DNA of 61,056 nt from a virus (IMGVR_UViG_3300043256_000368:1-61056), one strand, 5' to 3'; numbered from the stretch's first letter, positions 43,181-53,823 are shown. The notes: a model not told the origin generated them from the sequence alone. Made by a program: numbers and translations.

Positions 43181-45595
43181 GTGGCCCGCGAATCTATCGG
43201 TACGCTGCACCTGCAATTCAAGGCGAATACCAGGGGGTTCATCGGCCCTATGCGGGATGTCACCCGGGCGGTGCGCGCTGTTGACAGGCAAGTCGCGCGT
43301 TCGTCAGCGGGCTGGAAGTCTCTGGCCAAGTCGGTATTGACTGCCGTTGTCGCCTACAAGGCGCTCCGGTTGGCCTTTCGCGGTGTGGTCGGTTCGATCG
43401 AGGTCGCCGCAGAGTTTGAACGACAGGAGGCTGCCCTCGGGGCGCTTATCGGCAATGCGAAAATAGCTAAGGAACTGACCGACGATTTGATCGCATTTTC
43501 CTTGGCGACTCCGTTTACGTTCAAAGAACTTCTCGCTGGTTCAAAGCAACTGCTGGCATTCGGATTTGCGGCCAAGCAGATCCTACCGGTCTTGGCGGTG
43601 CTGGGTGAAGCGGCGGCGGCGACCGGTACCGCGCTTGCGGATGCGGTGTTCCCGTTCGCCCAGGCACGGACTGAGTCCAAACAGGTGTGGAAGGACATTC
43701 GGCAGTTCACCTCGAAGGGAATTCTGAGCCTCGAGGACCTTGCCGCGGAGATCGGAATAGCCACCGATGAAATACGGGCGTTCTCCGCAGCCGGCAAGCT
43801 GAACTTCACCCAAATTGCCTCAGCGATGAAAAAGAATGCGATCGAGGGGGGCCGCTTCTCAGGTCTCATGGGCACCATTGCGCAGACTACGTTCGGACTC
43901 ATCCAACGGTTTAAGGATTTGTGGCAGCTTATCCAAAAAGGCACCGGTGAAGCCATCATCGAGGTATTCAACCTGCGACAGAATATGCAAGACTTGTTTG
44001 CGACCGTTGGCTCATTGGTGACTTCCGGGAAATTCAAAGACGCGATGGTCGCGTGGATTTCGTTGCTGCGCGACGCGTTCGTTTGGTTCGTTGGACGCAT
44101 CGAACAGACTGTCAGAATTATGGCTCACTTGTTGGGGACGGCGTTTTCAGTGTTGGTGGGCCTCGCCGAGAAATTTGGGGACGTACTCGGTTTATCGAGC
44201 AAGAAGCAATTCATCCTTCGGCAGACGTTCGGTGAGAGCCGCGATGCCTTTATAGACAGGGCAGCGCTTAAGAAGTTTGAATTGGACCAAAGTGGCGAGA
44301 AGGTTCTGGAGTCGAAGATCCGGTTCGTCGATCCGCTTGCGGAAAGTTTGCACCCGGGGGGATCCCTACTTGACGTACTATTCACAGTCGATGCGCGGAG
44401 CGAGATCGGTAAGGTCATCGATCGGATGAAGGAGTTCGGAAAAGAGCTTCAAAATATGCCCACAACGCCTGATTGGGCGCGAAGTCTTGAGTTGATGCTC
44501 AATCCGGATGGGCAGTCAGTGGTTTTCAAGAATATCACTCAGATGTATCGTCATTTCATCGACAGTTCCACAAAGTTTTGGGACGACCTGAACCGAATAA
44601 CCGGCAGCGGTGTGATCGGGACCTCTATCGAGTTGTTGCGAGAGTTGTTGGCTTCAGCAAGGACGGTGCTCACGACCGGAATACCACTGATTGATAGTGC
44701 CGTCAGGCAAACTATTGAGCCCTATCGGGAAATATTGAAGATGGCCCAGGAATTAGCCGCCCAAAGCACATTCGCAAAGGTGCTGAACGCGCCGGTCAAA
44801 TTCATCCAAAATCTCGCTGCAAAGTTCGAGACCGGGTTCGATAAGACAGCACTTTTGTTCGATGAAGTCAGTAAAGTCCTGGAAAAGGCGGTTACGCAAA
44901 TACGCAACGTCGTCGGGCCGCGCGTGACGTTCCGCCAACAGGTTGACGAACTCATCGGCCAAAGCAAACTCGACCGCACGCCGGGGTTTGTATCGCAGGC
45001 ACAGGCCGCGCGGAAGTCTGCTGATATGCTCGACCGACAGCTTCTTCGTGTGCAGGAAATGAAGATGCTCTGGCAGCTATCCCAAAAGGTCATTGCCGAT
45101 ACGGTTGATCCGATGCAGCAACTCCACAGGTTTTCGCTCGATACTCTCATTGCCCAGCAAAAAGGTTTCCTCAACGACAAGCAACGGCTGGCGGGTATCA
45201 GGGCTATGGCTAAGGAGCTTTTCAAAATTGCGGACGCGAAGATCGATCCCTTCGAAGCCTTCGCCAAGCGAAAGGAGGAGCTAGAAACCTTACTCGCCGA
45301 TCAGAGGATCTCGTTGGGGCAATTCACGGCAACGCTGAAGCGCGATCGGGAGGCCATCCTTAACTTAGGTACCGGCAGTGAACTACGGCCGTCCAGTGGA
45401 TTCCGGTTCGCTCGAGCGGCCTTTTCGGGGAAAATTGCTGGAGGGGACACGGCGAGCCTGCTACGTCAACAGAATAAACAGCAAAACGTGCAGATTGTCC
45501 AGGCGCAACAAACCAATCGCACGCTGTCACGTATGGAACAACATTTCTTGCAGGCGTTCACCATCTACCAGCGAACCTTCCCGGGAGGGTTCTGA
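43181..45595 (+). CDS. Tape measure protein
   Basis: IGTLHLQFKANTRGF, TPFTFKEL, helical 804 aa. Confidence 0.9.
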   Translation: MARESIGTLHLQFKANTRGFIGPMRDVTRAVRAVDRQVARSSAGWKSLAKSVLTAVVAYKALRLAFRGVVGSIEVAAEFERQEAALGALIGNAKIAKELTDDLIAFSLATPFTFKELLAGSKQLLAFGFAAKQILPVLAVLGEAAAATGTALADAVFPFAQARTESKQVWKDIRQFTSKGILSLEDLAAEIGIATDEIRAFSAAGKLNFTQIASAMKKNAIEGGRFSGLMGTIAQTTFGLIQRFKDLWQLIQKGTGEAIIEVFNLRQNMQDLFATVGSLVTSGKFKDAMVAWISLLRDAFVWFVGRIEQTVRIMAHLLGTAFSVLVGLAEKFGDVLGLSSKKQFILRQTFGESRDAFIDRAALKKFELDQSGEKVLESKIRFVDPLAESLHPGGSLLDVLFTVDARSEIGKVIDRMKEFGKELQNMPTTPDWARSLELMLNPDGQSVVFKNITQMYRHFIDSSTKFWDDLNRITGSGVIGTSIELLRELLASARTVLTTGIPLIDSAVRQTIEPYREILKMAQELAAQSTFAKVLNAPVKFIQNLAAKFETGFDKTALLFDEVSKVLEKAVTQIRNVVGPRVTFRQQVDELIGQSKLDRTPGFVSQAQAARKSADMLDRQLLRVQEMKMLWQLSQKVIADTVDPMQQLHRFSLDTLIAQQKGFLNDKQRLAGIRAMAKELFKIADAKIDPFEAFAKRKEELETLLADQRISLGQFTATLKRDREAILNLGTGSELRPSSGFRFARAAFSGKIAGGDTASLLRQQNKQQNVQIVQAQQTNRTLSRMEQHFLQAFTIYQRTFPGGF

Positions 45596-46539
45596 TGGCT
45601 ACCAAATGTATCGAGCTTATGGAAGGGCGTACTGATTACTCGCTGGGTATTGGTGGGTGGCAAGGGCTCAAACGGGTGTTCCACGTCAAAGTCAATAGCG
45701 TCAACGACTTTCCGGAAATCATCATGCAGGTGCCCGCCTTGGTGGATGAAGGCACCGCCGTACCATGGGGTTCAACCTACCCCAACGATAGCAGCGGTCT
45801 CGTGGTCGTCCAAATCGATCGTCTCGAACGACTGGACCATCTCAATTACAAGATGGGTGCGGTGTACGGGCCGCCGGTGGTCATCGAAACGTCGAGCAAC
45901 ATCATCGATCACTGGCAGTGGGACATCGAAGGTGGATTGACCTTCGAAAGGATATTCTTCGATCGCAACAGAGTGCCGATTGCTTCGCCACGTTATGAGG
46001 AAATTGGCAGAGACGAAGTAGGTGTTCCACCGGAAGAGACATTTTTCACGAACCACAACAATAAAACGCAACGCCTATTGCGAAAGCCCAACGAATTCGA
46101 GCCATTGCAGGGGGCCGACTTCCCCGCCAAACGGGCAACGCTAATCGGATTTCGGAAGGTCGCCCGGCTGACGGGTACGGTTCCGGGGAGCATCCTTAAC
46201 CATCTCGGTAGGGTCAACCTACGGCCGTTCCAGGGCGCTGAGGTCGCCGCGCTGAGATTCACTGCGCTGAGTGTCCATCCCGTTGGTGGCATCCTGACAC
46301 CATTCGGCGGGTTGGTCATCCGCCCGGATGATCTGCGCCACTTTGAGATTACCATTGTATTCGAGTGGAACCCCGACATTTGGGAGCCCTTTCGTCAGGT
46401 GCACGTGCGCACGTGGGACGATGGATCGTTCTCCGTGATCTATGACGCTGATAACCCAGAAGCCAACTTGGTCGAGAGCCGGCATAGCCTCCATGAATTC
46501 TCTGACTACCTCGTCACGATCCTGGAACCGTTCGAGTAA
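45595..46539 (+). CDS. Putative distal tail/baseplate protein
   Basis: First gene after the tape measure gene; function inferred from position. Confidence 0.6.
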   Translation: MATKCIELMEGRTDYSLGIGGWQGLKRVFHVKVNSVNDFPEIIMQVPALVDEGTAVPWGSTYPNDSSGLVVVQIDRLERLDHLNYKMGAVYGPPVVIETSSNIIDHWQWDIEGGLTFERIFFDRNRVPIASPRYEEIGRDEVGVPPEETFFTNHNNKTQRLLRKPNEFEPLQGADFPAKRATLIGFRKVARLTGTVPGSILNHLGRVNLRPFQGAEVAALRFTALSVHPVGGILTPFGGLVIRPDDLRHFEITIVFEWNPDIWEPFRQVHVRTWDDGSFSVIYDADNPEANLVESRHSLHEFSDYLVTILEPFE

Positions 46540-46544
46540 GCACG

Positions 46545-47510
46545 ATGACATTACATCTACCTCGCTTAAACGTGCCCGGCTATCAGTTGTTGGCCGATGC
46601 GTTCCGCGCACTCGAATCACGAATCGACGGTCTCGACAGTCGACGCGCCATCTCCGAAGGTCCGGCACGACAGCCCCTTATCATCCGACAGAAAACGGTT
46701 GTCGTTGTCGTGCGTCCGACGGCCGAGGACACACGTCTCGTTGTGAGAGAAGTTAGATACGGCACCCTGCCACCGGGCCCGCCGCCAGCGGCTAGCCAAC
46801 AAGAGGCTATTGCGGCCGCGATCGACACACAAATGGCTGAGACGATGCAAGACGCGCTTGGCGCAGAGCGGCGTGACCCGGTTGGGGCCGGGTCCAGAGA
46901 GCCGCCCGTTCGGCTAGTAGGTGATCCGTCTCCGCGTCCAGAGGATTCCGACGACGACGACATCGAAGAACTACCAGGACCGGTCGACCTCGACCCAGAG
47001 AATCCCCTGTACGAATGGGCGGGAAGTCCCTTTGGCGCTTTCCCAGACTACGGGCAAAACGCACTGGCGTACGAATTCGCCTTCTGGGATCCCGATGCGC
47101 AAGGCGTGCCAACGGCGGACACGGCATTTCTACGATGCCGGCGCGAACACGATGCTTGGATTACCGAACTACCTGGAGGTGGTACGGTCGGCTGGGCTGT
47201 GCTGCGGGGTTATCCGGATCCCGAGGGTCACGTCCTCTACGTTCAGCTACTACAAAAGCCGGCACCGTTCGTCGGGAAATGGGCCGTATCGCCTGGCGCT
47301 CCCCTCGTAGAGGTCTTTACCTACGGTGGGCTCAAGGCAATTGAATACGTCCAGCATCTTGTCGCGGTCGATGAGGTGCGACACTTCACTCCTGTACTCG
47401 TCATCGTAAACGACGGACAGCATCGGTTCGCTCTGCATCTGTTCAAGTTTCTGGTCGGGAGCTATCAACCTGCGATCGACGATTTCCGAGTGACGGATTG
47501 TGTGCCATGA
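46545..47510 (+). CDS. Putative tail protein
   Basis: Long ORF in the tail module. Confidence 0.6.
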   Translation: MTLHLPRLNVPGYQLLADAFRALESRIDGLDSRRAISEGPARQPLIIRQKTVVVVVRPTAEDTRLVVREVRYGTLPPGPPPAASQQEAIAAAIDTQMAETMQDALGAERRDPVGAGSREPPVRLVGDPSPRPEDSDDDDIEELPGPVDLDPENPLYEWAGSPFGAFPDYGQNALAYEFAFWDPDAQGVPTADTAFLRCRREHDAWITELPGGGTVGWAVLRGYPDPEGHVLYVQLLQKPAPFVGKWAVSPGAPLVEVFTYGGLKAIEYVQHLVAVDEVRHFTPVLVIVNDGQHRFALHLFKFLVGSYQPAIDDFRVTDCVP

Positions 47511-47667
47511 TGTCCGATAACCACTACAAATGCGCCAATTCTATAGAATGCCTATTTTCAGGGCATTTTATACGAGTCAACGATAGCATCGGTGAAGCAT
47601 CGTTTTGTCAACGTAGGCATCGTAACGCTGGACCCTCGTCAACAGACGCAGATGGAGGCCCTAGCGG

Positions 47668-48708
47668 ATGACCGAAGCCTGCTGCCAATTCCACTTCGAC
47701 GGTAGTTGGATCTGCGAGGATCTTGACCCGTGTGAATGCTTTGACCGTCCGCAGGGTGAGCCGAAGGGGCCGGGCACGACCTGCGCGCTGATGTGTCCGG
47801 AGCACCTGCAAATCGCGTGCGAGCGATGTGGCACCCAGGCGTGCTGCATCCCCGGTGGCGGTGACACGCATATTTGTTCCGACCTGACGGTTCGTGAGTG
47901 CATCGATCAGAATTTCGGTACGCCCGCGGGCCGCGGCTCAATCTGTAGAGAATTCCCGGACCGGATCGTTCCGGGAGACGGAGATTTTCTGTGCGATCCA
48001 CTGTTCACCTGTTGTTTGCCGGATGGGTCCTGTGTGCGCAGCAGCACGTCTTGTTTCAGCTTGGGTGGATTACCCATTCAAGGCGACTTCGTCAGTTGTA
48101 CGGGTATCGATTGCTTCGCGGAGCTTGAAATCAACGAAGCCTGTTGCTCTATGAGCGGCGAGTGCTCGGATGTTCCGTTTCGGGACTGTTGTGACGACGG
48201 CGGTCGACCGCAGGGAGCCGGTACTGATTGTGCCGCCGTTGGTCAGGACTGTGCACCGTTCGTGCCCATCGATTGCCGTGCGGCTCGCGCGGATGAGCGA
48301 GCGACGCACCCGGTAACCGGTGTGCCATACAGGGGGACCACGGCGGATTTATGCGCACTGGCGTTCCTGATTCCCTGGACGTTGGTCCTCACCCGTAGTT
48401 CCCGCATGGTGACCGCGCGCCCCGTTCGAACACACGCCCTTTCGTCCGGGCGCACCGACGACGGTGTCGAGCCGTGTCACTTGCAGGTCACGGACATAGT
48501 TGACAACGGTCAGCGATGGGAAGCGAGGATGTGCGGTGAGCGTATCGCAGGCAATTCACGATCCAAGTATCAAAGTCACGCCGGCGTTGTGTTCGTCCGG
48601 AATTCGGAACTGAACGGTCACTTCTTTGTCGGCGCGTATGAGACTCCGCCTTGGCAGGAGATACAGTTCCACAGCAAGCTCACATACTGCTTCGGAGATC
48701 CGAAATGA
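47668..48708 (+). CDS. Cys-rich repeat protein
   Basis: ACCQFH, ACCIPGG, TCCLPDGSC, ACCSMSGEC, GGRPQGAGTDC. Confidence 0.75.
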   Translation: MTEACCQFHFDGSWICEDLDPCECFDRPQGEPKGPGTTCALMCPEHLQIACERCGTQACCIPGGGDTHICSDLTVRECIDQNFGTPAGRGSICREFPDRIVPGDGDFLCDPLFTCCLPDGSCVRSSTSCFSLGGLPIQGDFVSCTGIDCFAELEINEACCSMSGECSDVPFRDCCDDGGRPQGAGTDCAAVGQDCAPFVPIDCRAARADERATHPVTGVPYRGTTADLCALAFLIPWTLVLTRSSRMVTARPVRTHALSSGRTDDGVEPCHLQVTDIVDNGQRWEARMCGERIAGNSRSKYQSHAGVVFVRNSELNGHFFVGAYETPPWQEIQFHSKLTYCFGDPK

Positions 48709-50387
48709 GTCGTCCATGCCGGCAAGGCCCCAATCAAGACACTGGCCTCGGGTTCGAAGCCTGCGGCGGGCCTGCTTGGTGCGCGGAGATTACCGGAAAC
48801 TTCAATGAGTGCTGGTTTGGATTGGATTTCGAGCCCGAACATTTCGGGCAGGCATGCGCGGATGCCTACGGTGTCGGGTTGGGTTGCATCTCCTGTAATG
48901 ACGTTCCCGAGGCTTGGGTACGTGGCGCACGCACTGATGGTCGCCGGTTCCTCCTCCCGTACACGCGGTTCAGCCCGGAGGCTCCGCTCCACAGCGGTAA
49001 GGACGCCCATGGGGACATGCACGACCTGCGATCGAACGAACCGTGGCGGGTACCCCTGACGATCACCTTCATGCGTGGCAGCGTCTATAGCGACGATCGG
49101 GGGCTCGAGTGCGTGCTGGATGCGTGCGACTTCGCCAGGACGAAAGCCAATTTTTGCGTCGAGGGTCGGGCGGGGTTCGAGGTACCCGGGTTCCTTCCGG
49201 ACGAACGCGGGTTCAGCGGCCATCACATGCCCGATGCACACGGGAATATGTACGTCCGGCACGTGCTCAAGAGGTCCGAGCCCCATGTGCTCACGTTCGG
49301 ACAGAATTACCTATTCCTGCCCAACCTTCATCGAACCTGGGACTGTACGAGCAACCTGTTGCTCGGCTGTATCGCCGCCATACCGCCGGTCGACGGTTGC
49401 AACTGTCAGCGGAGCTACGCCCTCACGTTTGAAGGGCAGCCGTGTGAGTTCATCAATCCGGGCGGCAGTGTACGCCTTGACCCAGAATACTACGACGCCA
49501 ACGTCGCCAACCGGATGCTTTACAATTTCCTCCGCATCAAGAGTAATAACACCTATATCCGTGGAGCGCCACGCCGGATGTTCAACTCGGATGTCGCACC
49601 CACGATCGTTAAGGACGCCGCGCTCAAGATGATCGCCACACAAGAGCTACCAGGGTGGGTTCGAGAACAAGGCGGGCAGCAGCAACCGGTCCGCATGGAT
49701 CAGGTCCACCAAAATAGCCGTGGTACGGCAATCGCCCTGTACGAAGGATGGAGCCGCGACTGGAACCTGTTCGGGGATGGGAGCTTACTAGCACCGGCGG
49801 CGGCACTTCCGATGTTGCCGATCGCCGGCGGAGTGTCGGCGCGTTTGAGGCAGTCGAATGTGGCATTCTCGGTGGAACCGGTGTTGCTCCTTGCCACGAT
49901 CGAAGTTGCGATGATTGCGCACGCCTTGAGGGACATCAATCGACCGGGTCCTCCCTTTTCCCTACGTGTCCAGCCACAAACCCGGGTGCGGATCTCGGCA
50001 CGCTGGGGGCTAAGGTTGGTCGACGACGTTGATTTCACGACCCCCGACGGGCGCACGATAACTGTGACCCAGCCGAACATCTACGCTGACCCATGGCCGA
50101 CCGTCACAGGCGATCGAGCCGAGTATCGGATAGACGGTGCACCGTTGATCCGATTTGAGGATGTCCAGTGGGAGGGTGAGTTGTCCAGTTTCAGCGTGCC
50201 GCGTGTGCCCAACTTGTCGGTGGCCGAATCCGGCCTGTCCGTCACCTGCCGGTTTTTCCGGGAGGCGTTCGCGGCCGCAAACATTCGCGTCCCCGGGTCG
50301 CCGACCTATTCAGACTCGTGGCCCACGGATCCGGATCGGAATAGCATTTACGGTGGCGCTTTGGGATTGGAGTTTCCCCTGTCGTGA
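48705..50387 (+). CDS. Putative tail protein with Cys-rich N-terminus
   Basis: ATGA overlap; ~560 aa. Confidence 0.65.
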   Translation: MSRPCRQGPNQDTGLGFEACGGPAWCAEITGNFNECWFGLDFEPEHFGQACADAYGVGLGCISCNDVPEAWVRGARTDGRRFLLPYTRFSPEAPLHSGKDAHGDMHDLRSNEPWRVPLTITFMRGSVYSDDRGLECVLDACDFARTKANFCVEGRAGFEVPGFLPDERGFSGHHMPDAHGNMYVRHVLKRSEPHVLTFGQNYLFLPNLHRTWDCTSNLLLGCIAAIPPVDGCNCQRSYALTFEGQPCEFINPGGSVRLDPEYYDANVANRMLYNFLRIKSNNTYIRGAPRRMFNSDVAPTIVKDAALKMIATQELPGWVREQGGQQQPVRMDQVHQNSRGTAIALYEGWSRDWNLFGDGSLLAPAAALPMLPIAGGVSARLRQSNVAFSVEPVLLLATIEVAMIAHALRDINRPGPPFSLRVQPQTRVRISARWGLRLVDDVDFTTPDGRTITVTQPNIYADPWPTVTGDRAEYRIDGAPLIRFEDVQWEGELSSFSVPRVPNLSVAESGLSVTCRFFREAFAAANIRVPGSPTYSDSWPTDPDRNSIYGGALGLEFPLS

Positions 50388-51001
50388 GTCATTGGTCGGA
50401 ACAAATCAAGGATCTTGGTGGACAGGTGATGGACCCTGATGTGATGACACAGCGGGACGGTGTGCAACTTCCGCCGGCGAGAAAAGCTGATCCCGGATGT
50501 GGTTCCGGAAAACGCCGCGAAATCGCCGCGAAGATCGAAAGCGGTGGCACGCTGCCGTTCGATCTGAGGGCGGTGAATTGGGTTCGAGTCATGCACCTCC
50601 GCGTGACGTGGTGGGCTCTGTTGGTGTGGGCGGCTCGGCTCCCGTTACGGCTGCCGCTACGCATCGCCTTCTGGGCGGGTCGGTGGTGGATCAAATTCAA
50701 ACTGCGACGACATGCGGAGCGCGGACCGCGCGCGGACACGGCACTCGTCGATTCCAGAATTAAGGTTTGCGAGGCTTGCGAGAAACTTGAAGGGGTTGGT
50801 GTTGGATGGCAGCGCCATTGCGGCGCTTGTTCTTGCCCCAAGACACCGCGTAGCTCGCTCAATCAAACCTGGCATTTCAAAAACTACCGCTGCCCGCTCG
50901 GAAGATGGGATGAGTCCTATGCCAAATGGGTGGTTTTTTCCTTCACCGTGTTGAACGCAAGCTGCAAGACGTGTGGCACGAGGAGTACATCCAATGGCTG
51001 A
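50384..51001 (+). CDS. Cys-cluster protein
   Basis: RIKVCEAC...CGACSCP...CPLGRW. Confidence 0.6.
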   Translation: MSHWSEQIKDLGGQVMDPDVMTQRDGVQLPPARKADPGCGSGKRREIAAKIESGGTLPFDLRAVNWVRVMHLRVTWWALLVWAARLPLRLPLRIAFWAGRWWIKFKLRRHAERGPRADTALVDSRIKVCEACEKLEGVGVGWQRHCGACSCPKTPRSSLNQTWHFKNYRCPLGRWDESYAKWVVFSFTVLNASCKTCGTRSTSNG

Positions 51002-51845
51002 CATCCTCACGACCTGGATATCCCTGAACGGAGACTGGACCGATACGGAATCGTGGAGCAATGGTCTGCCGAACACGGCGGATCACGTTGCGATCTTTCG
51101 GCGTGGCTCCGGCGTTGCTCCCTCAAGGAATCTAAGCACGACGGACACAATTAAAGAATTGCAGATCGGCGAAGGATTCGAGCACCCCATCGGGGCGCTA
51201 GGCAACCCGCTTGTGATCGAATTGACGCGACGGGTGTTCCATTTCGGCAATCGACGGCTCTACTGGACGGCTTCTCCATCAAGCTCTCCAATGCCGGATA
51301 TCTTCCTGGTCTCCCCGGACGGAGCCGATCTTGACTCGGACGACAACACTCTTTTCGTCACAACTCTCTTGGGCGTCTACGCCGGTAGGGTCAGGTTGGG
51401 ACCAAAGTTTCGTGTTGGGCTGGATGTCGGAGGTGTTCAGGGAGGTAATGGCCCTGGCCTCATTATTCGTGGATCTGGTATCCGAGGCGCAGTCGTCGAG
51501 TCACAAGCTCCCACGATTGATCGAGTGATTGTGGACGGTGGCAGATTCAGGATGACCGCGGGGACCGCACCTGCTCGCATAAACATCGTCCGTGGATCCG
51601 CTGACGTGCGCGGGTCACTAACCCTCAGCGAAATCGTGCAGAGTGGCGGACGGGTGAGATGGGACGCACCGCCTGCGGCAACACTACGAGTTTTGCATCT
51701 GTCAGGAGGCTTCTTTGACGGTCGGGTCGGTGCGCCGGATATCACCATTCAAAACGGCGCCGTTATCTCGCCCGGTCGGTTGCTGGTGTCTCAGCAAGCG
51801 GATATCAGCGGTCTGGTGGATTTGCGAAACTTGGGTATCGGGTAG
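50994..51845 (+). CDS. Beta-solenoid-like virion protein (paralog of 52272-53114)
   Basis: TWISLNGDWTDTESWSNGLP...IGALGNPLVI. Confidence 0.65.
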   Translation: MADILTTWISLNGDWTDTESWSNGLPNTADHVAIFRRGSGVAPSRNLSTTDTIKELQIGEGFEHPIGALGNPLVIELTRRVFHFGNRRLYWTASPSSSPMPDIFLVSPDGADLDSDDNTLFVTTLLGVYAGRVRLGPKFRVGLDVGGVQGGNGPGLIIRGSGIRGAVVESQAPTIDRVIVDGGRFRMTAGTAPARINIVRGSADVRGSLTLSEIVQSGGRVRWDAPPAATLRVLHLSGGFFDGRVGAPDITIQNGAVISPGRLLVSQQADISGLVDLRNLGIG

Positions 51846-51857
51846 GAGAATTATCAA

Positions 51858-52259
51858 ATGACAATCAACAACACATTACGGGACGATCCAAAGCTATTCA
51901 CCACGCTTGGTCCTGCGGCTCGGACCGCGACGGCGAATGGCGCCACGGTGGATTTGGCCACGTTCAAATTCCCCTCGCTTCATGCAATCGTCGGGACGAT
52001 CACCGACGGAACGCATACTCTCGATCCGGAGGAAGCGGACGACGACGGGTCGGGCGTGCCGGACACGTGGTCCAACATCGCCGCCGCAGATTTGGAAGGC
52101 GGTGCGTTCGCGGTTCTAGCCTCCGATGTCAATCAGTCGAGGGTGTACCAAGGGACAAAGAGGTTTGTACGTGTCAGTGTGACTATTTCCGGCGCGTCGA
52201 CAGGAGGTGTCTACGCAGTGGGTGCTGAATTAGCTCGCGGGGCGTCGTCGGATCTATAA
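51858..52259 (+). CDS. Decoration/cement-like protein (resembles 37897-38391)
   Basis: NGATVDL...EEADDD...KRFVRV. Confidence 0.65.
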   Translation: MTINNTLRDDPKLFTTLGPAARTATANGATVDLATFKFPSLHAIVGTITDGTHTLDPEEADDDGSGVPDTWSNIAAADLEGGAFAVLASDVNQSRVYQGTKRFVRVSVTISGASTGGVYAVGAELARGASSDL

Positions 52260-52271
52260 GGAGACTCCGAA

Positions 52272-53114
52272 ATGGCTACTAAAACCTGGACAAATGGCGC
52301 GGCGAACGGGAACTTCAATACCGCCGGCAACTGGGCGCCGTCCGGAAAGCCCGTCAAAAACGACGACGTGTTTTTCGTGGCAAGCAATAACTCTCCTGTC
52401 ACGGCCGGTCTGGATCAAAGCGGTGGGGCCGGTCTGCATCTCAACCTGATCCAGACCGAGCGTGGATTCACGTCCAAAATCGGCGTGTCGGGTAGTCCGC
52501 TGATCATCACGGCCAATCGCGTGGTGCATCGTGGTGAGGGAGAGTTCTGGTACAAGGACGGTACCGGTACCGAACTACAATGGACCCGCGAAATTCTCAT
52601 CGCCTCGCCAACGGTCAGCGGCAACGCTGCGGTACTCGATGGCGCGGCGATCGAGAGGGTGTTGCTCCGACGGGGTCGGACGCAGATTGCCGGCTCGACT
52701 GGACCGATCGCACGCCTGGAGCTCGGGTTTCAGGGTAACCCGGCGTCCGATGTTATCTGCGACATCGCGTCCGGGGCGGGGGCCATCGGTCGTCTCATCT
52801 TGAATGCGGCGCAGGAATTGGTCACGGACTGTGCGATCGGGTTCGCCACGTGCAGGTCTGGCGAATGGCGTCACGAAGGTGGGACAATTGGGTTTTTGAT
52901 CAACGCCGGCGCGCTGATCATATTCAATCCCGACGAAACGCAGGGGAGGATCAGCACCGGTATTCTGATGGCTGGTACTCTGGATACGCTCCAAACCCAG
53001 CGTAAGAAGGACATTGGTGTTCTGCTACGGATGCCCGGGGCCACCTTCCTCCGGGATGAGGGCCTGGTCGTTCCGGATGAAACCGTTTACATCGGCGACC
53101 TCGTGGACAACTAA
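52272..53114 (+). CDS. Beta-solenoid-like virion protein
   Basis: TWTNGAANGNFNTAGNW...IGVSGSPLII. Confidence 0.65.
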   Translation: MATKTWTNGAANGNFNTAGNWAPSGKPVKNDDVFFVASNNSPVTAGLDQSGGAGLHLNLIQTERGFTSKIGVSGSPLIITANRVVHRGEGEFWYKDGTGTELQWTREILIASPTVSGNAAVLDGAAIERVLLRRGRTQIAGSTGPIARLELGFQGNPASDVICDIASGAGAIGRLILNAAQELVTDCAIGFATCRSGEWRHEGGTIGFLINAGALIIFNPDETQGRISTGILMAGTLDTLQTQRKKDIGVLLRMPGATFLRDEGLVVPDETVYIGDLVDN

Positions 53115-53119
53115 GCGTC

Positions 53120-53404
53120 ATGGTGCACAACGCTCGAGTTACGATTGCGAAAGCGGGGCGTGCGGTTCCTCTTGGACCGGCGGGCGGTCCCCGAATGGTC
53201 CTTCTTTGGATCGAAGCACCCGAAGCCAACACGAGCCCGGTGTGCGTTGGCGGCGCATCGGTGGTTGCGCTAGTCGACTCGTACAACAGTCCGGAGCTTC
53301 AACCGGGCGATCGTATGTGGCTTAATAACGTCGACATCGGGGACGTGTGGGTCGATGCTCGGACCGACGATGACGTGGTCGTGTGGCGGGGAATGTCCGC
53401 ATGA
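53120..53404 (+). CDS. Hypothetical virion protein
   Basis: NTSPVCVGG...LQPGD. Confidence 0.55.
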   Translation: MVHNARVTIAKAGRAVPLGPAGGPRMVLLWIEAPEANTSPVCVGGASVVALVDSYNSPELQPGDRMWLNNVDIGDVWVDARTDDDVVVWRGMSA

Positions 53405-53823
53405 GGATGTTCGATAGGTTTGGTCAGCTGATCGGTGTGCCGGCAACGTTCCCATACTACTTCGGCGCCAAGACGGTCAGCGGGGCGCTGCGGGCGATCG
53501 GTGGAACGGTGTTCACCGGGACGCGCGGGTACCGTATGCCGGCACCCGGGTGGATTGTGGCGCACTCCTGCCAATACACGGTGGATGTGGCCACGTCCGG
53601 GTTCGGTGCGTTCGAGCTCCTCCTCAACGGCAACCCGCAAACGGTGGGTGTGCTCCGGGTTGAATCCTCAGACGGTACTGGAGACGACGGCAAACATGCG
53701 ATGCTCAAACGTAAGGCGCTCCGCTTCGACGCGGGTGACGTCATTGGCGCGTTTTGGTCTGAAAGTGGGACACTGGAATTGGATGCGATCACGGGATTGA
53801 TCACCGTGGTGTTGGCGCGGTGA
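53401..53823 (+). CDS. Hypothetical virion protein
   Basis: ATGA overlap; FDAGDVI. Confidence 0.55.
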   Translation: MRMFDRFGQLIGVPATFPYYFGAKTVSGALRAIGGTVFTGTRGYRMPAPGWIVAHSCQYTVDVATSGFGAFELLLNGNPQTVGVLRVESSDGTGDDGKHAMLKRKALRFDAGDVIGAFWSESGTLELDAITGLITVVLAR

